DNA from: Candidatus Omnitrophota bacterium
Lineage (GTDB): Bacteria > Omnitrophota > Gorgyraeia > Duberdicusellales > 4484-171
Assembly (NCBI GenBank): GCA_021735445.1
Contig: JAIPHA010000002.1
Location: 14,770-78,769, forward strand
Direction of reading: 5' to 3'
Length of the DNA stretch: 64,000 bases
Positions 9,495 through 19,994 of the stretch are shown here, piece by piece. A program made the translations under genes and the position numbers. The notes beneath the pieces were generated by a model. It was not told the DNA's origin, did no database searches, and saw only the letters and a list, made by a program, of their open reading frames with translations. Numbering within the stretch: the stretch's first letter is position 1; the number at the start of each line of letters is the position of its first letter.

Positions 9495-10655
9495 ATGGAA
9501 ACTAATCTTACAAAAAGAATAAAACAGCTTGAGAAAGAACTAGCTAAAACCAAATCCCATCTGGAAATATTTTACGAACTTACCAAAGCCATGCGCAAAA
9601 CCCTCCACTTAGAAGAAATTAGTTATATAATTTTAACCGGGCTCACTTCTCATCAAGGGTTAAGATACAACCGCGCTGCTCTATTTTTTGTTAATAACAA
9701 AAATAAACAACTAGAAGGGTTTATGGGGATAGGGCCTATGGATGGGAAAGAAGCCGAGGAGATCTGGCAGCACATCTCTGCTGAAAAAAAAGATTTATAC
9801 ACCTTAATAGAAAATTACCATCTGATTAAAAAAAATAAGCAAAACCAACCCAGTTTTATGAAATTTATTCAATCTCTTAGGTTCCCTTTAGCAAAAAATA
9901 AAGGCTTGATTACTGAAAGTTTAAAAGGTGAAACTCTCTGGGTCAAAAAAGGAAATAAGCAACTAAAAAATGACTCTTTGGTTAAAAAACTTGATTTAGA
10001 TGAGTTCATTATTGCGCCGTTAAAAATCAAAGGCGAAATTGCAGCAATATTGGTTGTGGACAACTATATAACTAAAAAAGAAATTAGCAAAGAAAATTTT
10101 AAAATATTTGAAATGTTTTCCGAACAAGCCGCTGGAGCGCTTGAAAATTCATACAGCTTTGAACTAACTCTAACTAAAGCCCATACTGACTCCCTTACCG
10201 GGCTTTGGAATTATGGTTATTTTCAGTATAAGTTAGATGAGGAACTGGCTAAAGCAAAATCTACCAAACAAACCTTATCGGTTTTAATGATTGATATAGA
10301 TGATTTCAAAAAATACAACGATAGCTTCGGCCATGTTCAAGGTGATAAAGCGCTCAAAAAAATTGGGGATATCCTGAAAATTAACTGTAGAAAAATCGAT
10401 ATAGTTTGCCGCTACGGTGGAGAAGAATTTTCGTTAATCCTGCCTGCGAATAATAAAAAAGAATCCCGCCTTCTCGCCGAAAGAATTAGAAAATCAATTG
10501 CAAAAAATAATATCCTAAATTATAAATTCACAATAAGCGTTGGAGTAGCTAACTTTCCCAAAGACAGCCATAAAAAGAAAGAATTGATCGAAAAAGCAGA
10601 TAGAGCGCTCTACCAAGCAAAAAAGAATGGAAAAAATTGTACGGTAAGCTGCTGA
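9495..10655 (+). CDS. GAF domain-containing diguanylate cyclase
   Basis: C-terminal GGDEF domain with intact RYGGEEF active-site motif and DSLTGLWNY. N-terminal ~200 aa are GAF-like. Confidence 0.85.
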   Translation: METNLTKRIKQLEKELAKTKSHLEIFYELTKAMRKTLHLEEISYIILTGLTSHQGLRYNRAALFFVNNKNKQLEGFMGIGPMDGKEAEEIWQHISAEKKDLYTLIENYHLIKKNKQNQPSFMKFIQSLRFPLAKNKGLITESLKGETLWVKKGNKQLKNDSLVKKLDLDEFIIAPLKIKGEIAAILVVDNYITKKEISKENFKIFEMFSEQAAGALENSYSFELTLTKAHTDSLTGLWNYGYFQYKLDEELAKAKSTKQTLSVLMIDIDDFKKYNDSFGHVQGDKALKKIGDILKINCRKIDIVCRYGGEEFSLILPANNKKESRLLAERIRKSIAKNNILNYKFTISVGVANFPKDSHKKKELIEKADRALYQAKKNGKNCTVSC

Positions 10656-10682
10656 TCTAGTTAATAAGCATTCCGATGGAAG

Positions 10683-13600
10683 TTAGGCTTTAGCTTTTTC
10701 TTGGCCTCCCTCCGCGAACTTAACAGAAACAAGCTTGGATACGCCTTTTGTTTGCATCGTTACCCCATACAAAACATCAGCATTGCTCATTGTCTTTTTA
10801 TTATGAGAGATTAAAATAAACTGAGCATGTTTAGAAAAATCCTTCAAAATATGGTTAAACCTATCTACATTGGCTTCATCTAAAGGAGCATCTATTTCAT
10901 CAAGGACACATAAGGGAGAAGGCCTTACCGTAAAAATAGAAAAAATCAAAGCTATTGCAGTAAGAGCTTTTTCTCCCCCGGATAATAAAGATACATTCTG
11001 TAATTTTTTACCCGGTGGTTGGACTTCAATTTCTACCCCTGATTCTAAAATATCATCAGGGTCAATCAAAATCAGTTTTGCCCTGCCCCCATTAAATAAA
11101 AATTTATAGTTTTTCTTAAACTCTTTTTCTATTTTTCCAAAGGTTTCCAAAAATGTTTGCCGGGAGGTACGATTTATCTTATTTATTGCTTTTTTTAGAT
11201 TATCTTTTGACGTAACTAAATCCATTCGTTGCCCTTCGAGAAAATCCCTTCTTTCTTTAAGCTCTTGAAATTCTTCGATAGCAACAAGGTTAACTTCGCC
11301 GATAGAATCTAATTTTTTTTGTAGCTTTCTTTTATTCTCATCAAGCTCCTCTAGGGGGCTCTCGGCCGCTTCAAGCAGGGAGAGATCAATTTCTAAATCA
11401 TATACCTGCTGCAAATAATCTTTAATTTTCCCTTTTTCGTATTCCAGGCTTTGAACTTTAAGTTTTTGATCATAGATAACTTGCTGGAGTTTAACTAAAT
11501 CTTGTTTTAGTTCGACCACTTTAGCCCGCCGCTCTGACATCTCCTTATTAAGATTCCTCTCTTCTTCCTGAAGCTCTTTTTTCTTTAAAACCGAATCCTG
11601 GATATTTTGGGAATCTTTTTCTATTTTTTCTTTTAACTCTTTTATCTTTTTTTCTAAAAAATTAACTTGATTGCGCCCAGACTCTTTTTCCTTTTTCACA
11701 TCTTCAATGTTTTTTTCAAACCCTTCGATTTCTTCTTTAAAAAAATCAACCTTGGAACCAATGCTGCTTTTTTCCTTATACAATGATTCCTTCTGGGCTT
11801 TGAATTGGGCGGTTTGAATGTCTATCTCCCGCAAAGCCTGTTCCGCATCTTCTCTTGTTTTTTGCAAAGACGACAACAGATTATTTACTTTATCCAACTC
11901 ATAACTGTTGTTATCGGTTACTTGCTTGGCTTGGCCTTTCTTGGATTCAAGACTATTAATTTCTTCTAAAGCGCTTTTAGTTTCCTCCTCAACCAATTGC
12001 TGCTCTTCCTGCAATCTTTCAATTTCGCGCTTAGCAGAATCTTTGTTTTGTTGAATCTGGCTAAGGCTGTTTTTATAACTTTCGATATTACTGTCTTCTG
12101 AAGACAACCGGTCATCTAAAGATTGCTTTTTTTGAAGTAAAGCTTGAATGTTTTGTTTGCTATTGGTAATATCTACTTCCAAAGCGGAAATCTTTTGCTG
12201 CAGCTGCTCTTGGTCGAAAGCGATAACTTTTGCTTCTAATTTTGCTTTATACACATTGCCTTCTTGATTAAATTCTATGTCTTTCAAGGAAGCTACTAGT
12301 TTATTGATATCCCCGGGGTTTTTATCAAAAAAAACAGTAATGTTTTCTTTTCGGGAAAAAGTTTCATATTTAGTCCGGAATTCTTTCAAAAATTGGTAAG
12401 ACGCATTTAATTCAAAAAAATCTTTTTCTTTTTCAGATAACGCCCCCCGTAAGTTTTCGACTTCCTGGTTTATTTCTTTTTCTTGGCTGGCTAGGCCTTG
12501 TTTTTTTGCTTTTAGTTGATTTAGCTGATCAAAAACTTCAGAATATTCGGCTTCTGATTTTTCTAATTTTTTGGAATTTTCCGAAAGTAAATTATCAAGC
12601 TTGCCTTTATCCAAAAGCAGCCTTTTTTTACGATTTAATAAAGTAGTAATTTGTGCCTGTAATTCAATTATTGAATTATTCGCTTTTGCCTTTTTTTCTT
12701 CTAAAATTATAACGCTTTCTTTTTGCTGTTTTAGGCCTCTGTGCGCTTCCTTTATTTTTGTGAAATTATCTTCTTTTTGCCCAGAAAGTGTTATCAGGCT
12801 CTGTTCTATTTTTTTTGCTTCCTCTTCAATTGCTCCAAGCCGCTCTAGCTCCTCTTGCCTTTTACCGCCTTGAGCCTTGATTTTTTCTTCTAAAGCCTTG
12901 CTGGATGACTCAAGGTTTCTGCTTCTTTCTTCTAATTCCTGAATTCTCTGGTTAGAAAAATCAATATTATTTTCATAATTATTTATCTGCGCTTGAGCCG
13001 AGACCACTATGGTATTAAGCTGGTCAAGATCCTCTCTTAAACTATTCTGATTTTTTTCTAAATTATCGAGTTCAGTATCAAATACGGATAATTTTTCCTT
13101 GATAGTCGATTCCCGTTCTTCTGATGAATTTAGGCCAGAAACTGAATCTTTGATTTTTTTATCGAATTCCCGGGCCCGCTTAGCAGCTATACTTTTTTCT
13201 ACCTCAATTAATTTTCCTTTAGTTTCTTTATATTTTGCAGCCTTTTCAGCTTGCCTTTCTAGGTATCCGATCTGACGCCTTATCTCTTTCAATATGTCAT
13301 CTAAGCGGACAATATTGTCATCGGCCTCGGCAAGGCGGCGCAAAGCTTCTTTTTTTCTTTCTTTGTATTTTACTATTCCGCTTGCTTCGTCAAAAATTAA
13401 GCGCTTATCTTCCGGTTTATAACTTAAAAATACTTCGATTTTTCCCTGTTCAACAAACGAATAAGTAGATTCTCCAATTCCTGTACCAAGAAATAAATTC
13501 TGGATATCTTTTAGCCTCACCGGACTTTTATTTATGAAATACCGGCTTTCCCCCGAACGATACAATCTCCTGCTGATAAGAACTTCATTATAATTAATCG

Positions 13601-13874
13601 GTAAATACTTATCCTCGTTAGAAAAATTTAAACTGACTTCCGCATAGCTTAAAGCCGGATAGTTTTCGGTTCCATTAAAAATAATATCTTCCATCTTTGT
13701 GCCGCGTAAAGATTTCGGGCTTTGTTCACCAAGAGCCCATTTAATCGAATCGAATACATTGCTTTTTCCGCAGCCATTTGGACCAACTACCGCCGTTATT
13801 CCAGAATTGAATTTTAGGGAAGTTTTTTCGGGGAAAGATTTAAAACCAAAAAGATTTAACTCTTTTAAATACAT
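10683..13874 (-). CDS. smc: Chromosome segregation protein SMC
   Basis: 1063 aa, Walker A GPNGCGKSN, signature LSGGEK, Walker B LCVLDEIDAPLD, long heptad-rich coiled coils. Confidence 0.93.
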   Translation of the reverse strand: MYLKELNLFGFKSFPEKTSLKFNSGITAVVGPNGCGKSNVFDSIKWALGEQSPKSLRGTKMEDIIFNGTENYPALSYAEVSLNFSNEDKYLPINYNEVLISRRLYRSGESRYFINKSPVRLKDIQNLFLGTGIGESTYSFVEQGKIEVFLSYKPEDKRLIFDEASGIVKYKERKKEALRRLAEADDNIVRLDDILKEIRRQIGYLERQAEKAAKYKETKGKLIEVEKSIAAKRAREFDKKIKDSVSGLNSSEERESTIKEKLSVFDTELDNLEKNQNSLREDLDQLNTIVVSAQAQINNYENNIDFSNQRIQELEERSRNLESSSKALEEKIKAQGGKRQEELERLGAIEEEAKKIEQSLITLSGQKEDNFTKIKEAHRGLKQQKESVIILEEKKAKANNSIIELQAQITTLLNRKKRLLLDKGKLDNLLSENSKKLEKSEAEYSEVFDQLNQLKAKKQGLASQEKEINQEVENLRGALSEKEKDFFELNASYQFLKEFRTKYETFSRKENITVFFDKNPGDINKLVASLKDIEFNQEGNVYKAKLEAKVIAFDQEQLQQKISALEVDITNSKQNIQALLQKKQSLDDRLSSEDSNIESYKNSLSQIQQNKDSAKREIERLQEEQQLVEEETKSALEEINSLESKKGQAKQVTDNNSYELDKVNNLLSSLQKTREDAEQALREIDIQTAQFKAQKESLYKEKSSIGSKVDFFKEEIEGFEKNIEDVKKEKESGRNQVNFLEKKIKELKEKIEKDSQNIQDSVLKKKELQEEERNLNKEMSERRAKVVELKQDLVKLQQVIYDQKLKVQSLEYEKGKIKDYLQQVYDLEIDLSLLEAAESPLEELDENKRKLQKKLDSIGEVNLVAIEEFQELKERRDFLEGQRMDLVTSKDNLKKAINKINRTSRQTFLETFGKIEKEFKKNYKFLFNGGRAKLILIDPDDILESGVEIEVQPPGKKLQNVSLLSGGEKALTAIALIFSIFTVRPSPLCVLDEIDAPLDEANVDRFNHILKDFSKHAQFILISHNKKTMSNADVLYGVTMQTKGVSKLVSVKFAEGGQEKAKA

Positions 13875-13891
13875 TATTAAATTAAATGAAA

Positions 13892-15091
13892 TTAACGATT
13901 AAGCGTTTCCTTTAGCTTTTTGGCGAAAAGAGGAATTACTTTAAAAAGATCACCGACAATTCCATAATCAGCTACCTTAAAAATCGGCGCCTCTGGATCT
14001 TTATTAATAGCAATAATTAAATCGGATGACTGCATGCCCACTAAATGCTGAATTTGCCCGGATATCCCGCAAGCAATATAAATTTTAGGGCACACCGTAC
14101 GTCCGGTTTGGCCTACCTGATGAGAATAAGGAATCCAGCCGGCATCAACACAAGCCCGGGAAGAACCCACTGCAGCATCAAGAGTTTCAGCTAACTCTTC
14201 GATAATCTTAAAATTTTCAGGGCTGCCTAAGCCCCTTCCTCCCGATACTATAATATCAGCTTCAGCTAAATTAATAGTTGATACAGCTTCTTTTACAAAA
14301 TCAAGAAATTTTATCCTGGAATCTATATCGTTAGAATCAAAAGGCTCTTTTATGATTTCACCTTTACGCGCAGTATCCGGTTTAGCTTCCGGCATCACTT
14401 TGTGCCGCACGGTTGCCATCTGGGGCCTGAAATTAGGCGAAATAATTTGAGCCATAATATTTCCCCCAAAAGCAGGGCGGGTTTGGATTAATATTTTTTT
14501 ATCTTTATCGATTTCTAAACCAGTACAATCTGCGGTTAAACCAGTATAACACTTAACTGCAATTCTTGCCGCTAAGCTTCTTCCTGTTGTGGTCGCGCCA
14601 GCTAATAAAATTTCCGGTTTATACTTTTTAATTAAATCAACAATTTTAGCTGTATAATTTTCTGATATATAATGGCCTAAATCTTTAGAATCAACTAAAT
14701 AAACTTTATCTGCGCCCCGTTGGATTAGTTTTCCGGCTTCGGATTCAACTTTATGGCCCAACAAAATTGCGGAAACTTCAGTATCCAATTCATCGGCTAA
14801 TTGACGCGCTTTATTCAAAAGTTCAAAAACAACCGGAACGACAATTCCATTTGAATTTTCTGCAAAAACCCAAACTCCTTTATAATCCGATAAATCTTTG
14901 CCCTTTTTAGTTTGTTCCTTGACTTCAATGGCATCGAATTTACAACTCTCTAGGCAGGCTTTGCAGAGAGTGCACTTATCAAGATCAATTACAGCTTTTT
15001 TTGAAACTATTGTTATGGCATCCACCGGGCAGGCCTTAAGGCAAAGCCCGCAACCGGTACATTTATCCTTTATAATTTGAATTTTACTCAT
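13892..15091 (-). CDS. etfA: Electron transfer flavoprotein alpha subunit with N-terminal 2x[4Fe-4S] ferredoxin domain
   Basis: CTGCGLCLKACP and CTLCKACLESC ferredoxin motifs followed by an ETF-alpha FAD-binding domain (SGGRG..SRACVDAGW..QVGQTG). Confidence 0.85.
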   Translation of the reverse strand: MSKIQIIKDKCTGCGLCLKACPVDAITIVSKKAVIDLDKCTLCKACLESCKFDAIEVKEQTKKGKDLSDYKGVWVFAENSNGIVVPVVFELLNKARQLADELDTEVSAILLGHKVESEAGKLIQRGADKVYLVDSKDLGHYISENYTAKIVDLIKKYKPEILLAGATTTGRSLAARIAVKCYTGLTADCTGLEIDKDKKILIQTRPAFGGNIMAQIISPNFRPQMATVRHKVMPEAKPDTARKGEIIKEPFDSNDIDSRIKFLDFVKEAVSTINLAEADIIVSGGRGLGSPENFKIIEELAETLDAAVGSSRACVDAGWIPYSHQVGQTGRTVCPKIYIACGISGQIQHLVGMQSSDLIIAINKDPEAPIFKVADYGIVGDLFKVIPLFAKKLKETLNR

Positions 15092-15888
15092 AAAATATCT
15101 TTTATTTCCTCTACTAGTTCGTCAACTGCATCTTCTGGTTCGCCTTGAAAAACTTTTCCCCCTTCCTTCTTGGGAGGGCTAAATATTTTTACTACTTGGG
15201 TAGGAGACCCTTCCAGGCCAATTTCGTTTTCTTTTATTGCTAGATCGCTATTTTTCCATACAACTATCTCGGCGCTTCTTGCTTTCATTTTACCCCGCAA
15301 CGAGGGCATTCTTGGTTCATTAATTTCTTTTACCACTGTAATTAAAGCTGGCAACTGAACCTCAATCATTTCATAGCCCTCTTCAACTAATCTTTCAACG
15401 ACAATAATTTTTGGGGATGAATCAAGATGAACAGTATCTATTCTTCTTACATAGGTTGCCTGGGGCAAATCAAGATGAGTGGCTATCCCCGGCCCTACTT
15501 GAGCAGTATCTCCGTCAGAGGCTTGCTTTCCACAAATAACCAAATCAACCCCTTCGGCTTCTTTTATCTTTTCTAATGCTTTAGATAGAATCAAACTGGT
15601 TGACCAAGTATCGGAACCAGCAAAGGCTCTGTCAGAAATAAGAATTGCTGAATCTGCTCCCACTGACAATGCTTGCCGTAAAGCCGCTTCAGCCTGAGGA
15701 GGGCCCATAGTCATCACCGTGACTTTACCGCCGAACTTATCTCTTAGGCGCACCGCTTCTTCGATTGCATAAGTATCGAAAGGATTAACTATTGCATCAA
15801 CCCCTTCCCGGATTAAAGTATTAGTTTCGGGGTTAACTTTTACTTCGGTGGTATCGGGAACCTGTTTAATACAAACTACTATATTCAT
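15088..15888 (-). CDS. etfB: Electron transfer flavoprotein beta subunit
   Basis: MNIVVCIKQVPDT start typical of EtfB/FixA; 4-nt overlap with etfA. Confidence 0.88.
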   Translation of the reverse strand: MNIVVCIKQVPDTTEVKVNPETNTLIREGVDAIVNPFDTYAIEEAVRLRDKFGGKVTVMTMGPPQAEAALRQALSVGADSAILISDRAFAGSDTWSTSLILSKALEKIKEAEGVDLVICGKQASDGDTAQVGPGIATHLDLPQATYVRRIDTVHLDSSPKIIVVERLVEEGYEMIEVQLPALITVVKEINEPRMPSLRGKMKARSAEIVVWKNSDLAIKENEIGLEGSPTQVVKIFSPPKKEGGKVFQGEPEDAVDELVEEIKDIL

Positions 15889-15920
15889 AGTTAATCACCA
15901 CTCTGATTAGAAATTACTTA

Positions 15921-16796
15921 CTAATTGCCAGTAAGCATTTCTAAAGATTGATTATATTTATCCCTGGTCTTTTTAATTACATCTTCCGGTAATTCTGGTG
16001 CAGGAGGCGTTTTATCCCAATCACAAGTTTCTAAATAATCTCTTACAAATTGTTTATCGAAGCTGCTCTGAGATTTGCCTGGCCTGTACTCAGACCTCGG
16101 CCAAAAACGAGAAGAATCTGGAGTTAAGGCTTCGTCAATAATTATTATCCTATTATCATTAGTTTTACCAAATTCAAATTTTGCATCGGCAATTATTATT
16201 CCCTTACTTTCTGCCAATTCAGTAGCTTTTTTATAGAGTTGAATGCTGATATTTTTTAATTTTTCAGCCACGTTCTGGCCAATTTCTTTTTTCATATATT
16301 CAAAATCAACATTTTGGTCATGGCCTGATTCTGCCTTAGTTGCAGGAGTGAAAATAGGTTCTGGTAATTTATCTGCTTGTTTTAGCCCTTCGGGGAGCTT
16401 GATACCGCAAACGCTGCCAGTTTTTTGATAATCTTTATAACCAGAACCAGCTAAATAGCCCCTGACTACACACTCAAAAGGAAAAACTTTACATTTTTCT
16501 GTAATCATAAACCTTCCAGCCAAATCATGAGAATCAGGTGAGATTTCTTGGGGTAAATCTTTTCTATCAGCAGAAATTAAATGATTCGAAACTAAATCTT
16601 CTAGATAAGAAAACCAAAAAAGAGAAATTTGGGTAAGGATTTTACCTTTATCAGGAATCGGCGTAGGCAGCACTACATCAAAACAGGAAATTCTATCAGT
16701 TGCAACAATTAAAAGTTTATTTCCTAAATCATATACGTCGCGCACCTTGCCTTTCTTGAAAAGTTTTAAATTATTAAAATCAGCTTTCTCTAACAT
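15921..16796 (-). CDS. purC: Phosphoribosylaminoimidazole-succinocarboxamide synthase
   Basis: 291 aa long-form SAICAR synthetase, GKVRDVY..ATDRISCFD motifs. Confidence 0.92.
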   Translation of the reverse strand: MLEKADFNNLKLFKKGKVRDVYDLGNKLLIVATDRISCFDVVLPTPIPDKGKILTQISLFWFSYLEDLVSNHLISADRKDLPQEISPDSHDLAGRFMITEKCKVFPFECVVRGYLAGSGYKDYQKTGSVCGIKLPEGLKQADKLPEPIFTPATKAESGHDQNVDFEYMKKEIGQNVAEKLKNISIQLYKKATELAESKGIIIADAKFEFGKTNDNRIIIIDEALTPDSSRFWPRSEYRPGKSQSSFDKQFVRDYLETCDWDKTPPAPELPEDVIKKTRDKYNQSLEMLTGN

Positions 16797-16797
16797 C

Positions 16798-18675
16798 TTA
16801 TTTTTTAAAATTAGAAGGCTTGGGATAGTCGCCGTATTCTTTTTGGCACTCTAATAACCTTTTCTTTTGTTCTTCTAGCTCTTTAAATAAAACAGAAGGA
16901 ATATTGTCGCGATCCCGATAGATATTGGTTATTCTTTCTATTTTTTCCAAATTTTCAGGAATTCTTAAGGTAAATTGAGTATTATAATCTTCTTCCGAGT
17001 AATCTTTGCCTAAATAATCCTTAAATAATGATTTTAAATCTTGATAAGCAGGAATCAAGCCAGTAGGAGTTTTTAGGCCTTCTGCTTTTTTGTCAGCCCG
17101 CAACTTTGCCCACTTTAACCATATTTTTTTATCCTTCATGCCATTTAAAAATTTCCCTTCCTTATTCCGTAAAAAATAATTAACAGAAAATACCAGCGGC
17201 ACCGACTCTAACTCTTTTTCGAAATCAAGATTAGCTTGTATATATTTACTTAATGGCACAGAAAGAAAATCAATATTGCTCATTGGGTTAAAAACTCTTA
17301 CCCCCTCTTGGCCTAGGGTAGCTGCGGTAGTTTCTGATTCGATGCTCGCAGCTTTAGTTACAATACCATGTTGCCAGTTAAAAGCCTGCTCAACCGGAAC
17401 TGAAGTGTCAGAATCTCTGCCCCCGTAAATCATCCCTTTAATGTTTACTCCTTCCGGATTATTAAGATTTTCATCAGCGTTTTCTAAATCTTTTATTCTA
17501 ATTGTAAAGCGAGCATTCTTATGCGAAGCCGGTATCTCTTCTCCCTCCTGATCAGTCTTACCAGGAAACCACTTTCCGGCAAAATTTGTTCCCGATCCAG
17601 GATGCTCTTTACTTTTACCTTCCCAAAAAGGGAAATTTTTTTCAGTTATTAAGATATTTGAAAAAATAACTTCTCCTTCTTTTGACAAAGTCTTATAAAT
17701 AATTGGATCATCTTCTGGATTCACTCCTTTGATAATCCCAAAAGCACCCCGCTCTACATTAGTCGCAAACACTTTTGCATCTTTCTTCTTCAGATAAGCT
17801 ATATCGTCTCCAATTATAGTTTCGCCCTCAATCATTGCCGTAGAAGTTTTCCCGCACATGCTGGGATAGGCTCCACAAAAATAAGATTTATCACCCTCTT
17901 TGTCAGATACTGACATCACAAACATGTGTTCAGCCAACCAATTTTGGCTGGTTGCTTTATTGATTGCCAGCCGCAAGGCTAATTTTTTTAAACCGACGGT
18001 ATTACCGGCATATTGAGTATTAGCGCTATACACTAATTTTTCATCTAAATCAATATAAACTCTCCTTTTATCAATATTCTTACTTACTCCTGATTCTAAT
18101 TCTCCGGCGCTGTGGACAAATTTAAAAAAATCAGAATTTTCTTCAATTTTTTTAAATTGATTATAGCCGGGACGGTAAAGAATATCTTCGGAATGGGCAA
18201 CATAATAAGAGTCAGTAATTTGAACCGCTGGAAGTGAAAACATAGAGTCGCCGGGGCCAAGGCAAAAGAAACAAATAATCATTTCTTTGCCTTGCATAAT
18301 ATCTTTTAATATTGTTTTTATCTCCTTGGTCCCTTGTTGTTTGGCTATGCTGTTTAAGCGGCTCTTTTCTAAATCAGCTTTTTCTAATAAATATTTAGTA
18401 TTTTTTTTATCACGGGCTTGGTCATTATAGCCATCAAAATGAATAGTGTGGCCCTCTCTAGCTAAAGGTTTTTCTTCACCTAATTCTTTAGCTTTTTCCC
18501 TGATATAACCCCTATCTTCTCTCGAATCACTACGCACGAAAACAGAACTAGGATTGCAAAGTTTGATAAAATCAGCTACAAAATTAAAAAGATTAGAGTT
18601 TCCTAAAGCTTCTAGCTTTTGGAAATTGCTCTGATCCATTTTTTCTTTTAAAAAATCTAAACTTCTTTCTGTCAT
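16798..18675 (-). CDS. pckG: Phosphoenolpyruvate carboxykinase (GTP)
   Basis: 625 aa, kinase-1a-like YPSMCGKTS, GTP-type PEPCK length and C-terminal architecture. Confidence 0.9.
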   Translation of the reverse strand: MTERSLDFLKEKMDQSNFQKLEALGNSNLFNFVADFIKLCNPSSVFVRSDSREDRGYIREKAKELGEEKPLAREGHTIHFDGYNDQARDKKNTKYLLEKADLEKSRLNSIAKQQGTKEIKTILKDIMQGKEMIICFFCLGPGDSMFSLPAVQITDSYYVAHSEDILYRPGYNQFKKIEENSDFFKFVHSAGELESGVSKNIDKRRVYIDLDEKLVYSANTQYAGNTVGLKKLALRLAINKATSQNWLAEHMFVMSVSDKEGDKSYFCGAYPSMCGKTSTAMIEGETIIGDDIAYLKKKDAKVFATNVERGAFGIIKGVNPEDDPIIYKTLSKEGEVIFSNILITEKNFPFWEGKSKEHPGSGTNFAGKWFPGKTDQEGEEIPASHKNARFTIRIKDLENADENLNNPEGVNIKGMIYGGRDSDTSVPVEQAFNWQHGIVTKAASIESETTAATLGQEGVRVFNPMSNIDFLSVPLSKYIQANLDFEKELESVPLVFSVNYFLRNKEGKFLNGMKDKKIWLKWAKLRADKKAEGLKTPTGLIPAYQDLKSLFKDYLGKDYSEEDYNTQFTLRIPENLEKIERITNIYRDRDNIPSVLFKELEEQKKRLLECQKEYGDYPKPSNFKK

Positions 18676-18770
18676 ATTCTCTCCTGTTTTTATAATAATT
18701 GGAATAAAGGAAGCTTATTTGAAAAGTAATTTACCATAATATCCCGATATTAGCAAGATTTTTTGAAGTT

Positions 18771-19994
18771 TTAGCCTAAATCAACGATATCTGATTTATT
18801 GTAAAGAGAAAGAAAAAGAAGCAAATAATCTTGAATTTGCCTAGTTATCAGAAAATTATTAGCGACATGCTTTTTGCCGTGGTCGCCCAATCTTTTCGCA
18901 TACTCTGGCTCTTGTATCAACTGTTTTATCCAATAAGCAGTGCCTTCTGTAGTATAGGTTAAAATTCCCGAATATTTATGGGCAATCTGTAAGGGGATGC
19001 CTCCCACCGCAGAAGCAATTACCGGTTTCTGCTTCCAAAGCGCCTCGCATACAGTTAACCCGAACCCTTCTTTCAATGATTTTTGCAAAATTACCGTTGA
19101 CGCCCTTTGTAAGGCATTTATCTCCAGATTGCTTTGGCTGGGGAGATGAAGAACAAAAATATCTTTATCTGCAGAAGCTAAATTTTCAGCTTCTTTTAAT
19201 ACCTCTGCGGTCTGAGGGTCATCACTGGCTCCACCGCCAGCTAAAATAAGTTGACAATCAATATATTTTTTAACTAAGCGATAACTTTCAATAACCCCTA
19301 AAGGATCTTTTAGATGGTCAAAGCGGGAAATTTGTGTGATTATCGGTTTATCCGGATCAATGCCATATTTTTCCAAAACAAAATCAATTTCTCTTTTTTC
19401 TAAATTTCTGTTTTTATCACTTAAAGGGTCTATAGAGGGAGAAATTAAAATCTGCCGGCAATCCAGAAAACGGGCAAAAGCAGGTGCGCTAAACACAGCT
19501 GCCTGGTATTTTTTAATAAAAGCCTTTAAAAATTCCCAGACATTTTCCTTTGGTTTTGAAAAATCCACATGGCAACGCCATAACCATTTTTTACCTTGGT
19601 CTCTATCTTGATCAATTAAAGCGATCGGTTGAGGATCATGAATATAAACAATATCGGATTGATCTAATATCTTATCTTTATTGGCTTTATTTACTTGCAA
19701 AAAATAATCGTATTCTTCTTCGTTTATGTCGACACCTAAGCCATGGAGGGCATTATGTATTTTTTTTGTTATTTCAAAAAATTTATTATCTGCATCCAGG
19801 ACATCCCAGCCGACATCTAATCCTAAATCTTTCATCAAAGGGATCATCCGGGATAATATTTCGGCAACACCCCCTCCGGAAAGAGTTGAATTTATATTTT
19901 GAATTTTTTTTCCTTTAAGCTTATCAGCTACTAAATATAATTCATCTATAATTTCTTTACCCACAATTTGAGAATAATCTTTTATTAATTTCAT
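18771..19994 (-). CDS. GT-B glycosyltransferase, trehalose glycosyltransferring synthase (TreT)-like
   Basis: N-terminal NSTLSGGGVAEIL..DLGLDVGWDV..FFEITKKIHNALHG matches my recollection of TreT-type enzymes. C-terminal GT4-like EGFGLTVCEA. Family call by recall only. Confidence 0.7.
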   Translation of the reverse strand: MKLIKDYSQIVGKEIIDELYLVADKLKGKKIQNINSTLSGGGVAEILSRMIPLMKDLGLDVGWDVLDADNKFFEITKKIHNALHGLGVDINEEEYDYFLQVNKANKDKILDQSDIVYIHDPQPIALIDQDRDQGKKWLWRCHVDFSKPKENVWEFLKAFIKKYQAAVFSAPAFARFLDCRQILISPSIDPLSDKNRNLEKREIDFVLEKYGIDPDKPIITQISRFDHLKDPLGVIESYRLVKKYIDCQLILAGGGASDDPQTAEVLKEAENLASADKDIFVLHLPSQSNLEINALQRASTVILQKSLKEGFGLTVCEALWKQKPVIASAVGGIPLQIAHKYSGILTYTTEGTAYWIKQLIQEPEYAKRLGDHGKKHVANNFLITRQIQDYLLLFLSLYNKSDIVDLG

